A stretch of DNA of 57,051 nucleotides, filler included, from Sphacelaria rigidula (taxonomy: Eukaryota), in NCBI GenBank assembly GCA_964200075.2. It is 5 parts of 5 records of this genome, joined end to end, with 100 filler letters (N's around TTAATTAATTAA, not from the genome) between each part and the next. Parts side by side here need not be neighbours in the genome. Positions count along the whole stretch, not along the records: positions 45,723 to 57,051 come from CAXNAA020005054.1; 4 more parts are not named here. The stretch is one strand, 5' to 3'. Position 1 is the first letter of the stretch. The number at the start of each line of letters is the position of its first letter. This document shows positions 48,865 through 57,051 of this stretch, piece by piece. Position numbers and translations under genes: made by a program. The notes beneath the pieces were generated by a model. It was not told the origin of the DNA, ran no database searches, and saw nothing but the letters and a program-made list of their open reading frames with translations.

Positions 48865-50041
48865 CTGCGTAATGTTGCCGCCGAAGATATATAGCGTGTC
48901 ACCGACAACCGTTGCCGAGTGTCCACCGCGTGCGGGCGGCTGCTCTCCCTCCTGGGCCATCAGTGACCACCGGCAAGGCCTCGTAGACGGGTCCAGACGC
49001 CACAGCCCCGTGTACGCCTGTCCAGGGGAACTCCCACCAAACATATACAAGAACCCATTATGTTCAACCATGGTGTGTCCCCATCGGCCATCCGGCACCG
49101 GTAGCACAGCGGCCTCAATTTCCTCGCCACCCGCATCCTCCCGCTTGGCGGTCAACCGCTCCCACCGACATTGTCCATGTGCCCCGGCCTCGAAACACCA
49201 CAGGTCGCTCAGAAAGTCGTTTTCCTGACCGAGCCCACCGAATAGGTAAATCATATTGCTACCAGGCATACATGTCCAGCTCGCCGCGCAGCGAGGGCTT
49301 GGCCGCGTCGGGTTGCCGTCCGCGTCTAGAGCTACCATGCCGTTGCCGACCGCATTCATCATACCCAGCTGATCGTGCTGCGCCCACATCGCAGCCTGCA
49401 GCGCCGCATGGACTGCGTGGGCGTTTTGGGCGTCTCCTTGGGCTGCGGCGGCGGCCAAGGCTTGCCAAGCGCCGTGCTGGGCGTGTTGCGCAGCCGGCGG
49501 GAGATTGAAGAGCGCAGCGGGGTTGAGCGCGGAATCGAACCCGCTATCTTCATCGTCGTCGTCGTCGTCGTCGTCACTGTCTTACCGCTCGTCGGCATCG
49601 CTGGTGTTATCACTGCGGTCATCATTGCGAAGATTCTCACTGCCACTGAATGTACCCCCGCTCCCGCCACTGCAACTCTCCACATCGCTGCTTCCTTGTT
49701 TGCCCACGGAAGAACTATCGCCATCTTCCCCGTGGTGACGGTTGCTCATCTCCTCGTCAGAAGTGGCGGAGCCCGAGGTGTCATCTTCACCATCGTCTTC
49801 GCCACTGTCGTCGGCGCCATCGGCGTCTTGCAGACCATCGGCATCCACAAGCTCCCATTTCAGACTCAACACAGCGCCGCCCACGAGCGTCTTCATTTTT
49901 TTCCCCCGGCCTCTGCACTCCTCCACGCGGAAGCGCCACACTTCTCCTGAGACCCCCATACTTAAGTGACCGCCGTAAAGGTAGTACCACCCATCTCCCG
50001 CCAGGACCACGCGGTGGAGGTAGCGCGGGCTAGGGACCTCC
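48865..50041 (-). CDS. F-box/Kelch protein, large exon (four Kelch repeats plus acidic insert) with in-frame TAA at 49582-49584
   Basis: PSPRYLHR...YLYGG; PSPRCAAS...YLFGG; GRWGHTM...YMFGG; ARGGHSA...YIFGG; donor CAG|GTGTGA. Confidence 0.88.
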
Positions 50042-50584
50042 CTAGACGACCGCACGGCTGCAATTATGCATAATATTTCAAAAACAAGTCGAGAGAAGTG
50101 AAGGAAGCGGTCAGGCACTGACGTAGTCCAGCAACAGTTTTTTTGGATGACTTCATATATGTGCGTCATATCGCACGTGTGTTGCTGAATCGGTGGCTCG
50201 GCTCGTGTTTTCATCAACACGCTGTCTGTCCACAGGACAGGACCACCGTTCGAGTAGACGCCAAACACCAGATTTCGTCATCGAACTGTTACGATAGCAT
50301 GAGTCACTCGTAAGCGTACTTGATGGCGCAACTCGCAAGCTAACGCTCAGCATTCGCACCACCGCCTGCGTCGAAATCAACAGCACTAGCCGAAACACCC
50401 GTCCCTCTACAGAGTACCTGGGAATACTCGCTCCTGCAGGCTTCTGTGACAACCAATGCAGCAACTTCAAAGCAACGGATTACCAGACATAATATCAAAA
50501 GGCAATACATTCGTTGAAACCATGTAAAATTACTGTCCAATGTATAGGCCAAGGTGGGCGCAAAACTTGTCACAGTGCCCTCAC

Positions 50585-50639
50585 CAAGGACGGGCTGGAA
50601 GTCGCCCCCATCCCAAGCGATCAATGCACGCTTTCCGTC
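50585..50639 (-). CDS. F-box/Kelch protein, small exon
   Basis: Polypyrimidine-TAG acceptor and TG|GTGAG donor; joining gives WGRLPARPWEVPSPR, a Kelch-type W..L...P.PR. Confidence 0.6.
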
Positions 50640-51103
50640 CTAAGAGTGGACAAACAATGAAAAAGAAAAGGGGGGGAAACGCCGGACATAGGTGAACAGT
50701 GTGAGCCAATACGAGCAACCGTGTTCGCACCCATAATTCTCATCCAAGGATCATTTACCATAGCATGACTGTGAGTATGTCGTTGCGTTCAGTGCTCTTC
50801 CTCGGAAACCTTGTTGGCTTCGCTACTCAACACACACAAACGCCCCGAAGGTGTAGTCTGTGCAGCAAACAGACAAACGTATCACTTGATAATTCCCCGC
50901 TGCACGTACTGTACAGTGCTCCTGCTCTCTTGTGCAGTTGATAATTACCATGATTGAGTAACACTGCTACCACTGCCATCTCTTCATATGTACCGACAAC
51001 AGTGATAGCATGTACGACGCAATATATGCATGGTCTCGTGCATAACAGAGCAGTATTAAAGGTATGATAAGAACTCTCGATTGCAAGCAGCTGCTGTAAA
51101 TAC

Positions 51104-51205
51104 CGTCGTCGGTGTCTTCACGGCGAGCGTCCATATCATCGAGCATGTGCAATGCTTGGCTGGCCGCGAGGACCACGGTTTTCAGGTTGCTCGCCGTGGC
51201 CAGCC
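51104..51205 (-). CDS. F-box/Kelch protein, probable internal exon
   Basis: tgcag|GLATASNLKTVVLAASQALHMLDDMDARREDTDD|gt; phase fits the next exon. Confidence 0.45.
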
Positions 51206-51832
51206 CTGCAGCCACAAATATTACGTCAAGAAGCCACTTTGAGTTACATCTCCGTCTTGCACTGAAGGGGTGTGTGCGAGACAAAACACAAGAGATGAGG
51301 TACAAGTAGGTGGTGTTGGGAGGAGACGTTTCTCTCTGGATAACCCTTCTTTGGTCTTGCTGCTCAGAGAATTGTCTGAGATTGTCGGTTTTTCGCCTCC
51401 AAGATAAACTTTGATCATTTTGTAATGTTTTCTTCGATAAGAAATGAAGGAAGTGTGACAGCGAATGCTTCGTTTGATCACAAGAAGCGGCCTGAAACCC
51501 CAAAAAATAAAACTCTGTCGTGGGAATTGAAAGCCGGAGTAGTTGGTCATTGTGGCGCTGCGACACCGAGTCTTGAAATAAATCCATCATTCATACAGTA
51601 AATCGAAGCATTACACCGCACTCTGTATGGGAAGAATCCATGTTTGAAGCCATGTGCCGCAACTCAGGCGTAAATAGCTTTGATGGAGTAAACTCGGATG
51701 TTGGCGACCGATTGTATCAGGTACTACTTCCTAGAAAGGTGAAGTACCCACTGATGTTTGTCTTGGGTCGATGCGTGCCAATGCGAACGCCCAGTGACGC
51801 AGTCTCAAGATAAGAACGCTCCTGCAGCATAT

Positions 51833-52200
51833 GTATGTGTGTGTTGTCATCTCATCTATTCTGGACGCCAGTCTAAACTTTTCGGCATACGTGGGCGCAT
51901 CAGCCGGGGTCACCGGTCACACAGGAGAAAAGCCAACGCAGGAGTTATTTTAATCAATTTCTAGTGATCCACCTTCCTTTTGGGGTACTTGCCTTGATTT
52001 TTATCGCGAGAGGGGTTCAGCAATCCCTTCCCTCGTCAACCGTGGAGTCAAATTTTGTGTATCCACGACATGGTCGCTCTCCACTGTTGGGAATTGCGTG
52101 AGAAAAAATCTCAGATCTTGTGACTGCACCGAGATTCAAACCCACAACCCAACCGTCAAAAGAATTCGAGATCGCCACCCGAGCCACCGGGGCGACCGCT
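51833..52200 (-). mobile_element. tRNA-derived SINE, intronic
   Basis: Minus-strand head gtcgccccggtggctcgggtgg...gggtttgaatc; body and CA tail match 12631-12987. Confidence 0.78.
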
Positions 52201-52408
52201 TCGTACGAGTAAGGATTTCGATTTCCGAAGTTTGCTCAGTCGACCATTTGGTAACCTGCGTGGGTCAACATCGTTCAGTTGGAAAAATACTCAGGGCGTG
52301 TCTTAGCGCCTCGTTCTTCGATCGAAAAAGTGCGGCGGAACAGAAAAATTCAGTATGATGGATCATCCTTTCAACATATATGACGTGGGTATGAATCAGT
52401 AGAGTTTA

Positions 52409-52706
52409 CCGGCGTTGGGCTACAAATGTCCATGATTGATATTACTTGATTTTAGTGTGGACGACGAGAATCGGATGTTTACTAGGGCTGACGGTCCCGT
52501 GTGATCCTCGCATGCACAGAACGCGTTTTCGTCGAAATCGGCGCCACAAGCGCCGATTTGGGGTCTACCAAGGCTGCACGCTGCCTAGGGAATGTATCTA
52601 CGGCCCTTGCCCGACGGATCTCGGTATGCGTTGGGTTGGAGTTAGGGTTACGGGTAGCGATACTGGTAATATTGTTTTCACCTCGACATTTGTAGCCCAG
52701 CGCCGA
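52409..52706. mobile_element. MITE with 22-bp TIR, TA-flanked (Tc1/mariner-like), intronic
   Basis: ta|ccggcgttgggctacaaatgtc ... gacatttgtagcccagcgccga|ta. Confidence 0.8.
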
Positions 52707-55043
52707 TAAACTAGCCTCATTTGATCGACACCTAGAAGTATCAGATCGTAATTTTTCCAGAGCTCCGAACTGGACCAGTCTATGCTGCCGATAAAACTGG
52801 AACTAGAGCTAACTTGGAACTGGCGACGAGGCCGTCACTTTTTCCAGTTTATTTGAGGTTTGCCATTATCTGCTTTTGTTACACCAATTTTAGTATGGTG
52901 ATGTAACACAAAAAACTTTACACCATCATATACAATTTGACTGTACAATTGAGACCTGCAATTCACAGTTGCAGAGGAGTATGGGGTATTAATTGAGGCG
53001 GAGGACGCTTCGGTGGCGTCGACGGAAATTGTTTGCGTCAATGACGCGTGGAGTAGCGGTGCACAGCTTCATACTTCCTCTTCCGTGTTTCGGTCGACTT
53101 GTTGGACGGCATGGGTCTGGCGTTGTGTGGTAGTACCACAGCACACGAAAAATGGGTTTGCCCTAGGCCTGTCACTAGCTGACCACTTCCGGTGCTTCCT
53201 GCTTTTTCCCGTCTCGGTTGCGTCGTTGGTATCTCAAAGTTCTGCAGTTTTCCATTGTTCGCGGCCGTGGCGTGTCGGTCGACGGCTGGTCCGTCGAATG
53301 AGAGGAAAAAAAAAGGGAAGTTATGACTTGTACGGTGGGATACTTGATGCGGAACTGCCGAACGCGTAACCCCAACTACCAATTGCATGAAGAGCTTCTT
53401 GAACATGATACATACAGCACACGCTCACTACACCTCAGAGTGACAGCGGATATATGATATATGCCTAGGTTTGTCGTTTCACTGCACGACATGCAAAAAC
53501 AAAAATGAAAAACGGCAACCCGTCACCGGAAGATGCAAAATCCACCACGGCTTGCTATTCAACTCCTCCCTCCGTCTCATGAGTAAAGGTCCTTATGGGG
53601 GGCAGAACATGTCTCGCCAATGGAGTTGCCTACAACGCCAAAGTTAGGTTTGATGAAAAGCTACTGGTGCGCTGATGCTCATGAAAAATACCAATCTTGA
53701 TGCGGAGCATAACTGAGTATCGGCGCGGCAGAAGGCAGGAACGTTAGAAAGGGTGGTGAGGTATGATCAAGGGGCCTTTACGAAGGCCTGGGACTATCTA
53801 GGATCAAGCCCCAGTGACGGCGAGGACGACTAATCAAAATGTTTTTTTGTTTTTTTTCCGACACCCCTTCACCCCTGGACAGGAGGCGAAATACGGCTCT
53901 TTCCTGGCCGACTTTTTTTTTGGGGGGGGGGCGTTCATGCGTGCAAGCTGGTGCGTGCAAATATAAAAAAATAAAACGGGTTCCAACTAAGAAACACCGA
54001 AGATTTGAAAAAAATACCGCCTACGGCGTCGGACACCGCTATCGGCCTGTGTAATCATAAGGATTTTCATCTATGGGATAGAGGAAGTACAATACATGCG
54101 TGTTTGTCGGCCCGGACGTGAATAACTTTGCGCTTTCACTGTGCTGCCAGCCGTGGCTCCCTTGTTCTCCCCCTCCGCTCCTCACGGAGAGTCCCCGCTG
54201 CTGCTTTTATTGGGGTGTCAGCGTCATTTCCGCCTCTTAGCTCCTCAATGTGAGGGATCACATTCCTCTCGCGGCAGTGCTCAGCGGCACGGGTGGCAGC
54301 AGCAGCTTATAATTTAGCCTCAGCCGTTTTTTTTGCAACTATCCACATTTCTCCAAGGAAAAACAAGCCAAATACAGCATTTTTTTTGCCTACGGCGATC
54401 AAATGAAAAGACATCAATGCACTGGCCGCGCGGTCAGTTTAAACTCGACTGGTCAGCGCTGCCAGCTCACAGCCCCAATTCTTCTCTTTTGCCGCACGTT
54501 TTCGATTGATTTTTTTGTGCCAAGACACGGCCTCGCACCCAGATTGATTGATTGTCACACTAGCAGACGGGCGGCCAAATGGCCTTACAGAAGTCCCTGA
54601 CCGCCACCTGTTGAATCGGCATCATTTCGACTTGAAAAGTGAGCGGACGACGCGAATGACCACCACGGTGGTCAAAGTATCGACATATTGGCATGGTAAG
54701 GGGTCGTACAGCTCAACCATTACTTGCAGATATGGCAACACTACCGCCCGCCAGGACAAGACAAAACCAGGAACAAAAAAGCGATACATTTCGTTGGTAG
54801 CAACCATCTAAATGCCAACGGCAACAACATGTTCCAGTAGCCTTGACTCGACAGTCTGCAGGCTGTTCAGAATCCATCCTGTACTTCGACGTGTGAACTC
54901 AAACATGAGGCAGATCGAGGGAACGCTGCCTCGCGCTCCGTCTGTACGGTATGGGAGTCGTACATGTTTCAGATATCCGAAGATTACCATCTGAGGGGCT
55001 TCAGACTAATACCGACAGTACACACTACACAAGCTATACTGAC

Positions 55044-55091
55044 CTTGTTGCGGAGAGATGCCAGTTGCGGAACGTTCTCAACCTGTCCGAG
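55044..55091 (-). CDS. F-box/Kelch protein, possible 48-nt exon
   Basis: ttctttcgcag acceptor and AAG|GTCAGT donor; reading frame ambiguous. Confidence 0.3.
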
Positions 55092-55576
55092 CTGCGAAAG
55101 AATAATAGTGTTGAACGAACGCGACGACGGCACAAATCATGCAATTTGAGAATGAGTACCCGGATGCACTGGAGCTTGAATCCTCGAAGGATCGAAACCT
55201 TACAAACGGTCTCGCCTTCATCCATCCCCTCTGTTTCCTATTTACTCATAATCTAGCGGGTGGCACTTCAACTGGCGATGCACAACACGTAAACTGCAGG
55301 GTTCCACTTCCGCGTTCGGATTCTTGTATTTTGCCGACCGTTGGAATCTCTTATTGAGTCACCAGTTCTGCACAACAGTGGGTCGTCGATCCGCCCGAGA
55401 AGTGAGAAACAACGACGTGGAGTGAAACATCACGGTTGCGTTCTTTCCGCGTGCGGCGAGGATACCAGAGGAAGCGGTTGCCTAGATTGCAGCCGTCCAA
55501 ACCAGAGAGTAATCTGGCTGGACATTTTCATGCTTGACATTTGAGCAAATTGCAGGAGGGCGACCGCCTCCGATAC

Positions 55577-55649
55577 CCAGAGCTCTTCGACAGGTGGTGG
55601 GTACTGACGGTATCTGGGTTCAATAGTGGTTAGGGCACCTCTTGACGGG
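55577..55649 (-). CDS. F-box/Kelch protein, possible exon 3
   Basis: tttcttgtcag acceptor in phase 2, matching exon 2; PSRGALTTIEPRYRQYPPPVEELW; donor uncertain. Confidence 0.3.
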
Positions 55650-55912
55650 CTGACAAGAAACAGCGAAGACGAAAGCAAGCGTCCAAGAGCAGCATGTTGA
55701 CTGGTTGTCGTGACACCACGCGGCGAAATGGATACTTTACATCCTACTTCTGGGCGCTTGCTTCGCTCTTCGGTGTTTTTTTTTTTTTCCCCAGCCCAAC
55801 CACACACGGCGTCTTGCATGGAAGCCTTCAAGCCATTTCAGAACTTCCTTGCACCACTAGAGCCGGACTTGCACAGCGGGTAACAATGACCAGGCAGCCA
55901 AGGATGGCTCAC

Positions 55913-55980
55913 TTAATCTTCTTCATCTCTGGGCTGAGGGTGTGCACTACATGCATGCCATGAAGTGCGTTTACAAACCA
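55913..55980 (-). CDS. F-box/Kelch protein, possible exon 2
   Basis: Phase-0 acceptor; WFVNALHGMHVVHTLSPEMKKI; donor AA|GTGAGC. Confidence 0.35.
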
Positions 55981-56228
55981 CTTCGCAGGGAGGTGACGCA
56001 TGATCCTTTCGCCAGGACAGAGACAACGCAGAAACCAACAGTTTGAAATGAAGTACAATCAATCGCGCTATTCTCCAGTTGCGCCGCATTTACACGCAGG
56101 GATTGCCTTTTCAGGAAGGAAAACAGGTGCTCCGCGATCGATATGCCACGACGCATGCCTTCCACAGCCACCCAAGGAAGACGGTAAATACATTATACAT
56201 CGCGCAAAGTATTCAGTACGGCACTTAC

Positions 56229-56405
56229 TAGCAATTTCTTGAACATATCTGGGTGCTCCTGAAGCGAGCGTCTGGTACTCGCCGATGTGTTCTCGAAGCT
56301 GGTGAGTGAACGCCCGTCAAGGTAGCTGGCCGCGTGGCCAATGAGGTCAGATGGTAACTCCATCTTGCCCATGGCCAGATCATCACTGGGCGACATGAGG
56401 CCCAT
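56229..56405 (-). CDS. F-box/Kelch protein, exon 1 (F-box motif)
   Basis: MELPSDLIGHAASYLDGRSLTSFENTS...PDMFKKLL fits the F-box pattern LP.(D/E)L...I.SYL....L; donor GTAAGT. Confidence 0.75.
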
Positions 56406-56710
56406 TGTAAACTTCTGAAAGCTCTCCGGTGAGTACACTATCAGCAGGCGGACGTAGATTATCGTGGAACAGGGGCTAATTGTTGGTACTGCTGCTGAGG
56501 TCTTCCTGTGTGCAAAGCGGGAACAGGAAGCAAGAAAGCCTTGGGTGGAACGGCGCAAAAAGTCGACGGTGGAATATGACTATTCCATTGATTTTGCGAA
56601 GCACCATTGTTTTTGTTCCGAGAAATATCTTACGCTCCACACTTCGCACGCGTGGGGTTGTGACATGAATATAAGCTCACGCATTTGTCATACCGTAAGC
56701 TAAGGATGTC

Positions 56711-56905
56711 TGTGTGTGTGTGTTGTCGTCTCATCTATTCTGGACGCCGGTCTACACCTTTCCACCTTTCGGTATATGTGGGCGCACCAGCCGAGATCAC
56801 ACAGGAGGAAAGTCGATACAGGAGCTTTTCCTTTTTTATTGGTTCTTATTCTCCACCTTCCTCCTGCGGTGCTTGCCTTCTATTTTTGATCGCGCCAGGG
56901 GTTCA
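56711..56905 (-). mobile_element. SINE, 5'-truncated copy
   Basis: gtgtgtgttgtcgtctcatctattctggacgcc...gggcgcaccagccg matches the 51833 copy. Confidence 0.75.
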
Positions 56906-56965
56906 TATATCTGTTGTTGAAAAGCTCAGATCGCCCTCAAACTTGGCAGTTCCGCAGGTATTGAT

Positions 56966-57051
56966 GACACTTCCTACGATAGTCTCCCCCCCCCAACAGT
57001 GCATGGTTCTGGGAGGCAAAATCTTCACGTAAATCAAAATGGGAAAAGCCG
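56966..57051. mobile_element. MITE family C, left part at the window end
   Basis: gacacttcctacgatagt...atcttcacgtaaatcaaaatgggaaaagccg matches the 33524 copy. Confidence 0.8.

Noticed and set aside
49375..49950. Hydrophobic 191-aa plus-strand ORF resembling a membrane protein
   Set aside because: Antisense of the Asp-rich Kelch exon (GAC repeats read as Val)
15629..56405. Functional cluster of epimerase, BRCT and F-box/Kelch genes
   Set aside because: The F-box/Kelch gene is on a different, unlinked contig; only the first two are true neighbours and nothing suggests a shared pathway

Overview
Eukaryotic, repeat-rich DNA, most likely from a brown alga (Phaeophyceae); this is inferred from a mannuronan C-5-epimerase-like exon and the intron style. 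The window is not one locus. It is five unrelated contigs of 11331, 11331, 11330, 11330 and 11329 bp joined by 100-bp N44-TTAATTAATTAA-N44 spacers, so adjacency across spacers has no biological meaning. Contig 1 (1-11331) is a nest of transposons: a decayed Ty1/copia element split by a Ty3/gypsy element that has lost its RT core, two small TIR elements with exact target-site duplications (TSDs), and a LINE whose RT/CCHC end runs in frame into an AP-endonuclease N-terminus. Contig 2 holds two divergent gene starts (a mannuronan C-5 epimerase-like exon and microcephalin-like BRCT exons) plus SINEs. Contig 3 is one ~10.4-kb decayed Ty3/gypsy element with a long repeat-coded 5' region and a chromodomain-like tail. 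Contig 4 is non-genic: an LTR, hAT-like non-autonomous elements (one packed with palindromic ~41-bp arrays), 40-42-bp minisatellites and a possible DDE transposase relic. Contig 5 carries a multi-exon F-box/Kelch gene with an in-frame TAA and a probable GC-AG intron. No CRISPR array, rRNA or intact tRNA was seen, and I cannot demonstrate a wholly new system. The best leads are the permuted or tandem LINE, the TG..CA element with a 5-bp TSD, the 4-bp-TSD MITE group and the palindromic-array hAT element.
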